Notes: a model not told the origin generated them from the letters alone. DNA of 64,000 bases from Candidatus Latescibacterota bacterium (GCA_965197905.1 CBDAOB010000004.1:864001-928000); one strand, 5' to 3'. Positions 8,911 through 19,639 are shown, counted from the first letter of the stretch. Translations and numbers: made by a program.

Positions 8911-10374
8911 TCAGTTGACGACCGCTTTGAAGCTGAACAGGTCCATATTGTCCAGGTGGAAGCGCAGTCGGATCTGCTGCCCTCGCAACGAGTCGATCTT
9001 CTTCGCGTCGCCGTTCCACGTCTGCCGTAGAGCCGTACTATCACTCGTTACAGGATCGGCGTCCGCGAGGGACAGGCCCGCTATCGGATCGAGCGCTTCC
9101 GTCAATACCTCACAGCGGAGCTCACCGGCGCCGCTGCCGCCGAGAACCGCCGCGTTGATACTCAATTCGCCGCCCGGCCACTCGATAGGTACGGTCGTCA
9201 GCGTGCCGGGGAATCGGTTCGCCCGCAGTGAACAGAATCCGTCCGCTCTGAGCTGTGCGAGTCCGAGTCCGCGCCCGAACGTGAGGTGTGCGCTACCATG
9301 CATCGCCTGGCCGCCCCAGTAGTAGAACCACAGCGTCGACACGGGGTGTTGATACCTGAGCCGCCTCTCGAGGTCGCCCGACGCTGCCGGCTTCGATGCG
9401 CCGCTCGTGCGGATCGGTGGGCTGAGCGCCGTATCGGTAACCGCACAGTCGAATGCACCGCCGGCACCACCTCCGGGAGCGGGCGGCAGAAAAGAGGTGC
9501 GTGGGCGCGGCCGTTTCCAGTCCTTCGCATCGCGACTGAAGAGCAATGCCATTTCCCCCCATGACTCGTTCACTTCCCAATACCATTGGAACAGTCCCAC
9601 CCAGACGCCTTCGTAGGGGAACGCGTGCGCGTGGTAAATCTGGCCCGCCGGATCGTCTTCGAGGTCCGGAATGAGCACCCTCGTCGGCTCGCCAGGTTCG
9701 GCCTCCGTAAGGTTGCACGCGAGTCTGTGGGCCGTTCGCGGTAGGTTCCAGCGCTGGATATCCTCTTTGCCCCGTCCGATGAGGAGATAGGGGTAGTCGG
9801 GATTTCCGCTGAAGGTTGCCGTTGTACGGTCGTGGAATCCGTGTTCGAATCCGTTTGGGCGCTCCTGCACCCAACGCCAGTGGACGCCATCAGGAGATTT
9901 CAGGAAATACCCCCTGTAGTGTTTGCTGTCGGGCGGCCAGCACAGGCTGATAAACATGGTCCACGGCTCGTCAGCGTCCGGCTCGTGAAGGATGGTCGGC
10001 GCTGTCGTGCGCCCTGCCGGGCCGAGATCCAGGACGATATTCGTCATCTCGCCGTTACGACCGCGATACACGTCCAGTTCGGGCCGACGCCAGTGTATGC
10101 CATCGTCGGACACGATCATACAAATGGCGAACTGTATTTCCGGATATTCCGGCGGCGAGAGCGTTACGTACCACGCTTTCCATAGCCCATCGGCCGGATC
10201 GATATACACGCCGCCAAGATAAACGATCCCATTGCCTTCCCATGGAGCCCCAACGGTATATACGGGATTGTCGAAATACTTGTGGGGCTGATGCATCACC
10301 CGCTGCAACCGAACCGATTGTTCGATTATAGCATCATCAAGGAATAGTTGAGAATTACGGAGGTCGAATTCCAT
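8911..10374 (-). CDS. Beta-propeller glycoside-hydrolase-like protein (GH32/GH130-like fold)
   Basis: QLFLDD N-terminus, SDDGIHW repeats, LRADGF...RLRF...LFSF C-terminus; ATG overlaps the upstream TAA. Confidence 0.65.
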   Translation of the reverse strand: MEFDLRNSQLFLDDAIIEQSVRLQRVMHQPHKYFDNPVYTVGAPWEGNGIVYLGGVYIDPADGLWKAWYVTLSPPEYPEIQFAICMIVSDDGIHWRRPELDVYRGRNGEMTNIVLDLGPAGRTTAPTILHEPDADEPWTMFISLCWPPDSKHYRGYFLKSPDGVHWRWVQERPNGFEHGFHDRTTATFSGNPDYPYLLIGRGKEDIQRWNLPRTAHRLACNLTEAEPGEPTRVLIPDLEDDPAGQIYHAHAFPYEGVWVGLFQWYWEVNESWGEMALLFSRDAKDWKRPRPRTSFLPPAPGGGAGGAFDCAVTDTALSPPIRTSGASKPAASGDLERRLRYQHPVSTLWFYYWGGQAMHGSAHLTFGRGLGLAQLRADGFCSLRANRFPGTLTTVPIEWPGGELSINAAVLGGSGAGELRCEVLTEALDPIAGLSLADADPVTSDSTALRQTWNGDAKKIDSLRGQQIRLRFHLDNMDLFSFKAVVN

Positions 10375-11972
10375 TACTGTCTCACATACAATAGCGCGCA
10401 ATCGAGCGCGATCGGTGTCCCTGTAGACTCAGCCCGCGTGTTCAGGCTGACTTCGAGCCTGTTTTCACCATTGACGACCCGGTCGGGCTGCACCTCGCAC
10501 TCCAGCCAGTGGCCGGCGGGCGCCGCGTCTAGAGTCTTCTGCGGCCGTAGACCATTCAATGCGACATCGTTGAATTTCACCGATATCTCATCGCTCGCAG
10601 CGAGCTCCCACAAGTGCAGGCGAAAGCGAAAGGGGCCCTTCCGCGAGCTCAGATCTTCGCCGACTTGAAAGTGCGCTTTGGCTGTCTCTCCGGGCTGCAG
10701 TTCCAGTTCACGAAGCCGCTCGAAGCTGCAGGCACCGCGGAAATCGTCGACGCCGAAGAGCTTGTCTTTGCCTGCCATCGTTTCGAGATCTCCGATCTCC
10801 ATCCACACCTCATCGTTGACAAAGGCGCCGTTGAAGACGTAGATGCCGTCGGCGCCGGCAGCGAGCAGATTGGTCGCGGCTCCGCGCCAGGCAGGCAGCA
10901 TGCCTTCCCACTCATTCATCTCGATCGTGAAGGACGAGCCGGTCTCCCTCAGGGATGCAGCCCAGGATTTGTACTCCCTGTACTCGCCGTCCGTGAGATC
11001 GAGGAACGTCCATGGATGCCAGAACCCCCAGCCGATGCAAGGATACACCGGCACATCATGGTCGTGTCCCAGTTTGATCATGGGGCCGAACGACTCGGTC
11101 ATGTGCGACTCGACGCCGCCGCCGGGTATCAGCAGGTCCAACAGATCCTCGGCCAGCCAGGTCTCCAGGTCCAGGCCGATGAAACGCGCGTCCGCCAGAT
11201 TGAACGGCGTGCGCGCCGCCACTAGCAGCGGTCGCCCTCGCTTGTGGCCGACTTCGTCGGCCAGCTTCCGCACCCGCCGCACCAGGGCCGTCATCATCTC
11301 CACGTGCTCCGCCTCGACTGGAAGCATGTCACGGGTCGGACGGAAAAAGGGATAGTGCCGGAAGAAGTCCATCTCTATCCCGTCGACGTCGTAGTTGCGC
11401 GCCACCTCGTCTATATTGGCAAAGACGTGGTCGCGGACCTCGGGAAAGCTGAAATCCATTCCCGACCAGACCTTCTTCGAACCGTCCTCCTTTTCCCAGT
11501 CTGCCGGCTCGCCCATGAGAAATTCCGGATGGTCGCGTTTGAAGGGCGCCAGACCATAGGTCCAGTAGGACGACCCGTCAGGGTGGGAATCGTGTACGTC
11601 GTTCATGCGCAATGACCAGAAGGCTTCCAGCTCGTTCTCGTGACAGAAATCCGTCTGAATCTGCAGACTGTCGCGTCCGTAGGTTTCGACCAGCTCCAGG
11701 GGAATCCCCTCGCCGTGGAACCCACCCAGCTTGGTATGGTGGGAGAAGCGAACACCGGCCATGCAGCTGCAATACCAGCTGCTGTCCACCTGCGTTCCGA
11801 GCAGCGTCCGGGCGCGGGCATCGAGAAAGTCATCGATCAGCTCGCCGCTCTCGCGCCCCGCCAGGCCTTGAGCGGAATCCTGCGGCGTCCTCGCCTGGAT
11901 TACGTCGTCGCCGTCGTTGTTGTAAATGATCCGCCGTCTGCACCACCGTGCGTCTCGTCTGGTCTGGTTCAT
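10374..11972 (-). CDS. TIM-barrel glycoside-hydrolase-like protein (GHL10-like), paralogue 1
   Basis: RRIIYNNDG, SLRMND, YDVDGIEMDFFR, GADGIYVFN. Confidence 0.7.
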   Translation of the reverse strand: MNQTRRDARWCRRRIIYNNDGDDVIQARTPQDSAQGLAGRESGELIDDFLDARARTLLGTQVDSSWYCSCMAGVRFSHHTKLGGFHGEGIPLELVETYGRDSLQIQTDFCHENELEAFWSLRMNDVHDSHPDGSSYWTYGLAPFKRDHPEFLMGEPADWEKEDGSKKVWSGMDFSFPEVRDHVFANIDEVARNYDVDGIEMDFFRHYPFFRPTRDMLPVEAEHVEMMTALVRRVRKLADEVGHKRGRPLLVAARTPFNLADARFIGLDLETWLAEDLLDLLIPGGGVESHMTESFGPMIKLGHDHDVPVYPCIGWGFWHPWTFLDLTDGEYREYKSWAASLRETGSSFTIEMNEWEGMLPAWRGAATNLLAAGADGIYVFNGAFVNDEVWMEIGDLETMAGKDKLFGVDDFRGACSFERLRELELQPGETAKAHFQVGEDLSSRKGPFRFRLHLWELAASDEISVKFNDVALNGLRPQKTLDAAPAGHWLECEVQPDRVVNGENRLEVSLNTRAESTGTPIALDCALLYVRQ

Positions 11973-12053
11973 TGATTTCTGCCTCTGCTGGTTGATGTTC
12001 GCGTGGCGCTGTCAGGTGTCCGCTGCCAGCGATTGTTGTGTCGTTTCTGTCAA

Positions 12054-12830
12054 TTATGGTATCGTGAAATCCTTCTCGTAGGCTTTCAGGCAGTCTTCTT
12101 TCGACCCTTCAAACAGATATATTCTACCTCGGATCGTCTTCTTCTCGCCTCTAGCCAAAGGGCCAACTTTTACGGAAAGGTGCATGCACTTCAAGGGGTT
12201 GTGCCCTTGAGCGGACAGGAACGATTCCCACGCGATTCCCATCACATATCGTCCGTCATCGCTTTCTCTAATCATTATGCCGGCATAGGCATCGCGATCG
12301 GATGTGGGCCACTTCTCATCAAAAACAAAAATCCCGTCTTCCTTCTCTTTATTCCAGGACACAACCTCCGGGCGACATTCGTGGTTAAAGTGGATTTCAC
12401 GAGGAAATTCGCCCTTTATTAATTCCAACCCGTTCTTTCCTTGGAAGTATGTATGGACGTGCCCTTCATCCAGAAAAAGGGGGTTTCTCCCCAATGGGTT
12501 TCTTGTGGGACCGGGGGTGAAACAGGGAATAATTGCAGCAATGGCTGGCCATTCATGCTGCGTCTTATTAGTAATCTCCAGAGATAGTTCGGCACCATTC
12601 TTTGTCGCATTGATGTGCATCTTCAACCATTCAGCATCGATATGTGCGGTTGCTCTGTTTTCATCAACACGCCATTCCCAATCGCATGCCCCCTCCGTAT
12701 GCTCGCCCTTTGTTACAGCATCAAACAAATGCCATTCGTAAAAATAGAGGAAGGCGAATTGGTTTCTATCGGAACAAGATTCTAACCGGATACCTCTTTC
12801 CCATTCTGTAAGCTTCATTGTGTTGTTCAT
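12054..12830 (-). CDS. Hypothetical protein, relatively AT-rich
   Basis: Start at 12830 or 12818; the ORF-track extension upstream is transposase sequence. Confidence 0.6.
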   Translation of the reverse strand: MNNTMKLTEWERGIRLESCSDRNQFAFLYFYEWHLFDAVTKGEHTEGACDWEWRVDENRATAHIDAEWLKMHINATKNGAELSLEITNKTQHEWPAIAAIIPCFTPGPTRNPLGRNPLFLDEGHVHTYFQGKNGLELIKGEFPREIHFNHECRPEVVSWNKEKEDGIFVFDEKWPTSDRDAYAGIMIRESDDGRYVMGIAWESFLSAQGHNPLKCMHLSVKVGPLARGEKKTIRGRIYLFEGSKEDCLKAYEKDFTIP

Positions 12831-12834
12831 AGGC

Positions 12835-12920
12835 CTCTGCGGGCGGGGCACGATGGCGGCGCGGTCGCTGTTGTTAGGCGCCAACACGCCGTGATAGCGG
12901 ATCAGGTTAAGCCGTGGAGC
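12835..12920 (-). mobile_element. IS91-family transposase remnant
   Basis: PRLNLIRYHGVLAPNNSDRAAIVP; same segment as 6965-7085. Confidence 0.8.
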
Positions 12921-12968
12921 ACCGCGCCAAGCGCCTCTCGATCGAGCCAGATTCCGGCTGGTTAGTAA

Positions 12969-12995
12969 CGACAATGCCGTTTATGCTACCTATCC
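12969..12995 (+). repeat. 27-bp oriIS-like motif, copy A
   Basis: CGACAATGCCGTTTATGCTACCTATCC. Confidence 0.65.
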
Positions 12996-12998
12996 GTT

Positions 12999-14150
12999 TT
13001 ACCACAGCTCGCGAGAGGCCAAGCGCGCTCCTTCTGCCATCGCCGCCAATTTCGCCCACGCAATCCTGGGATCGATTTTGGGATCGGTCGTGGCGAAATG
13101 TGCGAACCCGCAGTCGGTACCGGCGATCACGTTCTCCCTGCCAACCAGTTTCGCGTACCGGACAATCCGCTGCTGCACGAGTTCGGGATGTTCGATGAAG
13201 TTGGTCGTCGAATCCAGCACTCCCGGAATAATCGTTTTTCCGTCGGGAAGTTTGATGCTCTCGAACAGCTTCCACTCGTGCCCGTGGCGGGGGTTGGCGG
13301 CCTCGAAAGAGAGGGCGGAGGGTCGGGCCCTGAACGCGAGATCGATGATGTCCGCAAACGGCGTATCGAGGTGATGCGGTCCCTCGTAGTTGCCCCAGCA
13401 CAGGTGCATTCGCAGCCGGTCCGTCGGGATATCGCGCAGCGCGTGGTTCAGCGCCTCCACATGGAGCTCCCGTATACGATTCAGGTCGTTGGAGCTGTAG
13501 TTCAGCCGCTCCCAGCCGCTCATGGTCAAGTCTGGACAGTCGACCTGCAGCACGAGGCCCGAACGAAAAATGGCGTCGTATTCGACCTTCATCGCATCTG
13601 CCAGCGCGTAGAGATATCCTTCCTCGCTGTCGTAGTACTGGTTCTTGCAAAAATGAGCCAACAGTCCAGGAGAAGCCGCAGTCATGAAGACTTCCTCTGG
13701 GCTGGCGTCGGTCAACGCTGCCTTCAAGTTGTCCAGGTCCTTTTGAAGAAGCGCGTGCTCCGTGTACTCAATGGGCCCGGTGCATACCGGCAGCCGTATG
13801 TCGCTGCTGACGATGGTGCGCCGCTCTCGCGCCAACCGCTGGGTGTATTCGGGGAAGTCTTCGACGACAATGGCCGGCCGGGGACGATCCCGATCCTCAA
13901 GACCGCTGAGGCGATCCTTGGCGTAGGTAGAGTAGGCTACCTTGCCCTGCTCGCCATCGTTGATCACGTCCACGCCGGCGGCGCATTGCCTGGTGACGAC
14001 CTCCTCTACCGACTGAGCGATGAGAGAATCCAGCGCAGACAAGTCAAGACGCTCTCCTGCTTCTTTTGCGCGCAATTGCTCAGCCAGGTTTGCAGACCGC
14101 GGCAGACTACCGGTGTGCGTGATGAGAATCCTGTCGGTGCTGCGTCTCAT
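12999..14150 (-). CDS. Cobalamin-independent methionine synthase II family protein
   Basis: ITHTGSLPR, MHLCWGNY and GTDCGF Zn-ligand motifs. Confidence 0.9.
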   Translation of the reverse strand: MRRSTDRILITHTGSLPRSANLAEQLRAKEAGERLDLSALDSLIAQSVEEVVTRQCAAGVDVINDGEQGKVAYSTYAKDRLSGLEDRDRPRPAIVVEDFPEYTQRLARERRTIVSSDIRLPVCTGPIEYTEHALLQKDLDNLKAALTDASPEEVFMTAASPGLLAHFCKNQYYDSEEGYLYALADAMKVEYDAIFRSGLVLQVDCPDLTMSGWERLNYSSNDLNRIRELHVEALNHALRDIPTDRLRMHLCWGNYEGPHHLDTPFADIIDLAFRARPSALSFEAANPRHGHEWKLFESIKLPDGKTIIPGVLDSTTNFIEHPELVQQRIVRYAKLVGRENVIAGTDCGFAHFATTDPKIDPRIAWAKLAAMAEGARLASRELW

Positions 14151-14207
14151 ATTCGATGAAGCCGCTTGATATCTAGTATTTAGGTCGACACCCTCTGACA
14201 AGTAATG

Positions 14208-14234
14208 GCATAGGAATAATAGTTGCCAGCTTGC
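14208..14234 (-). repeat. Degenerate oriIS-like motif
   Basis: GCAAGCTGGCAACTATTATTCCTATGC; 16/27 to copy B. Confidence 0.4.
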
Positions 14235-14324
14235 CGGCATCAAGATAGACACCTTTAAGTCGAAGCTCGCCGCGTGAAACGCATGACATGAGTGATTTCG
14301 AGCACCGCCAAGGCGAGTAACCCC

Positions 14325-14482
14325 ACAGCAGGCCAGTCATGATGCTGGCGCGCGCGGGACTGCATATAGGCTGGGCTACGTAGGCGTTCTGGAAGACGAA
14401 ACTCTCGTCCGCCAGGGCCGTTCATGGTCGGGGTGTGGATGCGCTCGTTGCCGTAGCAGCGCAACGTGTCGTAGCGCTGTTG
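14325..14482 (-). pseudogene. Sulfatase N-terminal fragment
   Basis: QQRYDTLRCYGNERIHTPTMN/ALADESFVFQNAYVAQPICSPARASIMTG with the CxPxR motif; one frameshift. Confidence 0.85.
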
Positions 14483-14541
14483 GAAATGAAGAGGAGATTG
14501 GGCTTGGCCTTTTACTTAGCTCGGCCGAACTTCCCTCCACC

Positions 14542-15510
14542 CTAAACCCCAGTCGCCATCCAAACGACATTAGGCTTCTTTGATACCCCAAGCGCTAAGT
14601 CATCGTCGAAGTCGTCAGCATCTTGGTAGGTACCGAATAAGCGATCCCAGAAAGTAAAAAAGCCACCGAAGCTGGCATTATAGACACTGGGATGGTTGGC
14701 GTGATGCAGGCGGTGGAATCTGGGGGTGACCAGGACCCATTCGAGCCATTTCATTCTGAAGCGTATATTGGCGTGCATCCAATGATCGGCTAGGACGATG
14801 ACCGCGATAATGTAAATGATAATCCAGTTGGGCAGGAGGAACCACGCCATTAGGATGCTACTGAAATTTCGAATGACATTGTCAAGAAAGCTCGCACGCA
14901 CACCTGAGAACCAATACAGTTGCTCGATGCTGTGATGCCACACATGCATGCGCCAGCACAGGCGGGTGTGCAGCAGGCGATGTAACCAGTAGTAGATCAG
15001 ATCGCTTACGATGAATAACATCACAATTCGATAGACCAGTGAATAGTCGGCAATGTAGCTGTCGATTACAAAATGTTTTAATTCCGCCAAAAGTTCAAAG
15101 CTGCCGAGAACAGAGTAGGTAAACATCACAATTGGGACGACTAGTAAATCTTTAAATTTGCTCAGTAGGTGGACTGTGAAGAAGGCGACTAAATCGTTTT
15201 TAATGCAACCCTTGAAGTCTATTTTTTGGTAAGCGAAAAAGTACTCGGCAAAAGTGAATACTGAACCACTTATAAAGAATAACAGCAGAAAATAATTCCC
15301 GTGCCTGAGTACTCCTTCGATGGCGGCGAATAAGAGGTAGCCGACGATTAGTAACGAGGTGATGTACAGAGCGGCCTGGTACAAGTAATGTTGTTGAATC
15401 CTCTCGACAGGGGCCCTGAGCGCGCCAAACAGGGCCATACGCTCTGAAATACCTCGAATGAGAAAGAGCGCGAATAAAAGATAGAAAACATGGGTGCTGG
15501 TCATGTTCAT
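14542..15510 (-). CDS. Sterol desaturase / fatty-acid hydroxylase family protein, AT-rich
   Basis: His boxes HRLLH, HVWHHS, HWMHAN, HRLHH; WDRLFGT. Confidence 0.9.
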   Translation of the reverse strand: MNMTSTHVFYLLFALFLIRGISERMALFGALRAPVERIQQHYLYQAALYITSLLIVGYLLFAAIEGVLRHGNYFLLLFFISGSVFTFAEYFFAYQKIDFKGCIKNDLVAFFTVHLLSKFKDLLVVPIVMFTYSVLGSFELLAELKHFVIDSYIADYSLVYRIVMLFIVSDLIYYWLHRLLHTRLCWRMHVWHHSIEQLYWFSGVRASFLDNVIRNFSSILMAWFLLPNWIIIYIIAVIVLADHWMHANIRFRMKWLEWVLVTPRFHRLHHANHPSVYNASFGGFFTFWDRLFGTYQDADDFDDDLALGVSKKPNVVWMATGV

Positions 15511-15546
15511 GAAACCTGCGGCCTATGGCGTTGGATCAGTCTGTAT

Positions 15547-16389
15547 TTATTTGTGCTGGTGGTCCAGTTCCAAAGGCATACCTGCGGTAATGTCGTTGTC
15601 CGTTCCGGCGGTGACCGGCCAGGCTTGGCCGCCCTCGAATACAAAGTCTTCCCTGCCGCACAGCCACAGGAACATACGTGCAACACGGACGGAGTCGTGC
15701 CATTTCTCGGGCATTGCGCGGCCTGTGCCGAATGGGATCTTGGTGAAATCGCACTGCGGATCGGCAACCCAGTCGCGCCTGGGTGTGACCGTGCGCCGGT
15801 AGGTGTATTTGAGCAGGTTGCGGATGCCGCTGGCCGTGGAGCTGCTGGCGCGATGCCACATCGAGCAGTGGGTGATAAAGATCGAGCCGGCCGGCGCCAC
15901 CGTCTGCACGGCCTGGCGAATGCTACCGTATTGGGTCATGTAGCGACGCTTGATACGCAGAAAGTGAGAGCTGGGCACGATCTCTGTAGGTCCCAGGCCC
16001 GCGGGCGTGTCCTGTGGATAATAGAACACAAACAGGCTGTCGAGCCGCGGTGAATCGATCGCCCCGCTGTCGCGGTGCCAGCCGCCGCTCGTAGCGCGCG
16101 GGCACTGGACGCGGTGGTTGCTCATGACCATGGGCGATATAAAGTCTTTGCCCAGGAGCGAGCGCACCGCCCCCGCTGCCTGCTGGTTCTTAGTGACGTG
16201 GTCGACGAACCACTCTTCATCCAGGATCTCCATCGGCTGTCCCTCCGGATTCCTGTCGAGGAATTCAGTCGTGCGGCGGTTGACCTCGTCGGGGACCACG
16301 GCCTCGAGCATCATGAAGCCATTCTTGCAGAATTCAATCACCTGCTGGTCGGTCAGTGTCGGTTCGCAATCGTATATCTCTCCTCGCAT
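15547..16389 (-). CDS. Phytanoyl-CoA dioxygenase (PhyH) family protein
   Basis: WHRD, GPTEIVPSSH, MWHR. Confidence 0.85.
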   Translation of the reverse strand: MRGEIYDCEPTLTDQQVIEFCKNGFMMLEAVVPDEVNRRTTEFLDRNPEGQPMEILDEEWFVDHVTKNQQAAGAVRSLLGKDFISPMVMSNHRVQCPRATSGGWHRDSGAIDSPRLDSLFVFYYPQDTPAGLGPTEIVPSSHFLRIKRRYMTQYGSIRQAVQTVAPAGSIFITHCSMWHRASSSTASGIRNLLKYTYRRTVTPRRDWVADPQCDFTKIPFGTGRAMPEKWHDSVRVARMFLWLCGREDFVFEGGQAWPVTAGTDNDITAGMPLELDHQHK

Positions 16390-16678
16390 GATCTGTCCTT
16401 TCCGTGGATTTATTTCTCGCGGATAAATTCGCAGCCGAGCCCGTAAGCTCCGTGCCGCATCTGCTTACGGCGCCTGATAGTGGCAATGAAAACCGCCGAC
16501 GTAGAATAATTACGGTAAAGAATTTCGGCGGTCCCACCAAGAGCCGCGGCTAGAGATTGAAACTACAGAGGGTTCCAGACGCTATTTGCCAGATCTTGAC
16601 CCGAATCAAGCGCTTACATTATTGTTCTGTCTAGATCATCACTTTCCAAAGTAAAGCGATGGTGGAGGTGAGCTCATA

Positions 16679-19639
16679 ATGTGGCGATCGTTCCATAGAT
16701 ATTGGAGCTTCTTATTGCTGGTATGGGCCACGGCAGGCGCGGAGCAAGCGTCTCGTGTGGCGATTCCCGAAGTGGGGCAGCACCGGCCTTTTCTGCGCTA
16801 TGAGCGGCCATCCTACCGAAACTTTGCCTTTGATCACTTCACCAACTACGAGGATCACACCTGGGGCGTGCGGGAGGCCGGGATAGCAACCCGGCTAAAT
16901 TCGAGCGAGGTAGTACGGGCGCATGCCTTATGGAGCCCTATGGGGGATTACGTCACGACCGGGTACGATCTGTTCACCTGGATCGAGCGGCGCCAGCCGG
17001 AACAGCGCTGGGGCAGCGCGCTCTTCAAAGACTGGGCGAGTTGGTCGGATGAGTTCAACAATGTGGTGGTGGCGAGCGACGGCTACGGGGGCTGGGGCTA
17101 CAGCGCCATCGTCGGCGACGGCTTGATCGCCCGCCTCACGCCGCTGACCCTGTCGATGACGGATTTCAATGGCCTGCGGCTGGACGTGTCTCTGCCCCGC
17201 GTGAAGTTCACCGCTCTGGGCTCGCGCATTGCCCGGCCGAATAGAGAGTCGTACCTGAGCTCCGAAAATGCCGCAGAGTTCGAAGTCGACCATTCCACCT
17301 TACTTGCAGGCGCCCGCGCCCAGGCTGATCTAGGCGCGCTGCGCCTGGGTCTAAATGGAGTGAACCTGCACTCCTACAATAGCACGCAGGCGGGCAACAG
17401 TACGAAGGGCCGGCTACGGGCGGATCAGCCGCTGTACGAGTGGCTCATCGTGCGCATTTCCGATGACGCGCCCGCCGACGGGCGGGGTGGGGCCGTAGTC
17501 CAGGACGTGCGGCTCATCCTCAATGGCCAGGCGCGGCCCGATCTGCCGCCGCAGGTAATCCGGCAGCAGGCCGGCGCCTCATCCCAGGTAGGGCGCACGC
17601 TCTCATCGGGTGCCTTCGTTCCGGTCTTCTACAGCAGTATCGGCGGACCTCCCCAGTATTACCACGGGCAGGAGATCCCACTCTATGCGGACTATCTCTA
17701 CCGCCTGGCGCACGAAAGGGGTGAAGACGTGAGCAAGGATGCCCACGTGGAGGGATTGCTGGCGAATTTTGCGCCGGAAGACCCGGGGGGGGTCCTGCAC
17801 GCCGATAGGGAGGAGCAATTGGTCTACCTCTTCGATCTGGGGCAGGAACCCCACGTCGAGTCGGTGGAGGTGGAAGCGGTTTTGGGCAATGACTACCGGG
17901 TGGAGTGGGCCGGCTTGCGCCTGAGCAAGGGCGGCGCGACCGCTTCCAAAGTCGAGCAGCGGTTGCAAGGCACCTTCTACCGCACCGTCCTGCGCGCCCG
18001 GGGCAGCGTCGAGGATAGGTCGAATCTCAGGCGGGTGCGCTTCAAAGTGGGCGAAAACACGGCGATTTTCACCTACAGTGCGGACGTGCATCTGGCGCTG
18101 AAAGGCCTGGAGGTCAGCGGCGAGTATGCGCGTTCGGCGGTATATGGGCGCTATCCGGCCCACTTAGAGAGGCAATCCTTGATCGATGCAAGTCCACGCT
18201 TTGCGAATCGGGGCTCGGCCTACTTTGTCAATGCGGTCCGCTGGTTCGAGCGCGGCCAGATGGGGGCGGAGTACTTTTCCATGAACCCGGGCTTTACGAC
18301 CGAGATGCAGACCTATCTGCCCAAGGATTTCGGCTACTCATCGAGCCGCGGCTACAGCCCTTTTGCCGGGTTGGCCAAGGATACCGTCATCTGGCGGCTG
18401 GTGCAGGACAACGAGGACGGGGACCGCTGGAAGGATGTCATCCTGGGCAATGTCCTGGGCAGTCCATGGTCATATGATCGTCGCGCGGAGAGAGGTAATG
18501 ACGGGGATGGAATTTTCCCGGGGCAGGACGAAGACAAAGACGGGATTGTGGATACGGACCGCAACTTCAATGGCATCCCCGACTACGAAGAGCTCTTTCT
18601 GATGTACGAGGTGGAACCCCCTGAATACGTCTACGGCCTGGACCGCAACCACAACGACGAGCCCGACCATCGCGAGGACGATTGGTTCCCGGACCACCCC
18701 TACGATGCGGACCAGCGCGGCTACCACCTCTTCGGGCAGGTGGATCTGAGCCGGCACGGGTCGGTGGGGGTGGGACGCTACGCGGTCAAGGGACTGGCCA
18801 GCGGCGGGCGCAACCGCTCGACCTATGCCCTCTTGAACTACCGCCGGGAGGACGTCGCACGGGTCCGCCGGCTCTTCTTCGAGAACCACTTCCGCCGGGT
18901 AGAGGACGATATTCCTGACGAATTCAACGAATTCAGTAGAGCCATTGGGTTGGAGCGGGTGGAGCCAGTTGATACTCGGGGTAGTGGAGTAGTGCAAAAT
19001 GTTGTTTTCGACATCACCCGGCATCAGGATCTGTTGTTTTATCAGGACAGCTATGTCAACGAGACCTACCTGGAGGGGGCGTTCCGACCCTGGTCGACGC
19101 TGAATTTGGTGCAGAAGCTGCGCTCACGGATCAACTGGCAGCAGGGGGGGCGATTGGCCAATGACAGCTTCCAGCGCCAGCGCCGGCTGGACTTTTGGGC
19201 GGTGACCAGCCGAGTGGACTATACCTGGCAGTGGGGCAAGCTGCGCGTGGTGCCCCAATTCAAGTTTTTGCTCTTGCGCCTGCAGGACCGGGAGGCCGAC
19301 TTGGCCCTGCGCTCCGAGTACCGGATGATCCCGATCCTCAAACTGAGGTATCCGCTGATGAGCCGGACGACGCTGCAAGTGGGGGCACAGGGCTGGGGGC
19401 CGCTGCCCTATCGGCTCAAAGACCGGACCGAAAAGCGCAACAGTCTTGAGCAGCGCACCGCGGTTGTCTCGCTGACAAACCGCTCGCGCTATTTTGGTTA
19501 TGACATGTATACGATCATCGGCTTCAGTCGAGAAGAGCTGGACTTCGACGTGCGTTTTCAGCGCTTCAGAAACTTTGATAGGTGGACGCTTTTCGTGCGC
19601 AATCTGATCGGCTTTGGCGAATTTGGACGGTTGTTGTAG
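16679..19639 (+). CDS. Large secreted protein with Asp-rich Ca-binding-like motifs and a beta-strand-rich C-terminus
   Basis: 986 aa, signal-peptide-like start, DEDKDGIVD and DRNFNGIPD motifs. Confidence 0.75.
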   Translation: MWRSFHRYWSFLLLVWATAGAEQASRVAIPEVGQHRPFLRYERPSYRNFAFDHFTNYEDHTWGVREAGIATRLNSSEVVRAHALWSPMGDYVTTGYDLFTWIERRQPEQRWGSALFKDWASWSDEFNNVVVASDGYGGWGYSAIVGDGLIARLTPLTLSMTDFNGLRLDVSLPRVKFTALGSRIARPNRESYLSSENAAEFEVDHSTLLAGARAQADLGALRLGLNGVNLHSYNSTQAGNSTKGRLRADQPLYEWLIVRISDDAPADGRGGAVVQDVRLILNGQARPDLPPQVIRQQAGASSQVGRTLSSGAFVPVFYSSIGGPPQYYHGQEIPLYADYLYRLAHERGEDVSKDAHVEGLLANFAPEDPGGVLHADREEQLVYLFDLGQEPHVESVEVEAVLGNDYRVEWAGLRLSKGGATASKVEQRLQGTFYRTVLRARGSVEDRSNLRRVRFKVGENTAIFTYSADVHLALKGLEVSGEYARSAVYGRYPAHLERQSLIDASPRFANRGSAYFVNAVRWFERGQMGAEYFSMNPGFTTEMQTYLPKDFGYSSSRGYSPFAGLAKDTVIWRLVQDNEDGDRWKDVILGNVLGSPWSYDRRAERGNDGDGIFPGQDEDKDGIVDTDRNFNGIPDYEELFLMYEVEPPEYVYGLDRNHNDEPDHREDDWFPDHPYDADQRGYHLFGQVDLSRHGSVGVGRYAVKGLASGGRNRSTYALLNYRREDVARVRRLFFENHFRRVEDDIPDEFNEFSRAIGLERVEPVDTRGSGVVQNVVFDITRHQDLLFYQDSYVNETYLEGAFRPWSTLNLVQKLRSRINWQQGGRLANDSFQRQRRLDFWAVTSRVDYTWQWGKLRVVPQFKFLLLRLQDREADLALRSEYRMIPILKLRYPLMSRTTLQVGAQGWGPLPYRLKDRTEKRNSLEQRTAVVSLTNRSRYFGYDMYTIIGFSREELDFDVRFQRFRNFDRWTLFVRNLIGFGEFGRLL

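Noticed and set aside
12831..12974. 306-aa ORF as a real transposase fusion
   Set aside because: The extension is a short scrap with a weak start and no RBS; treated as an adjacent remnant
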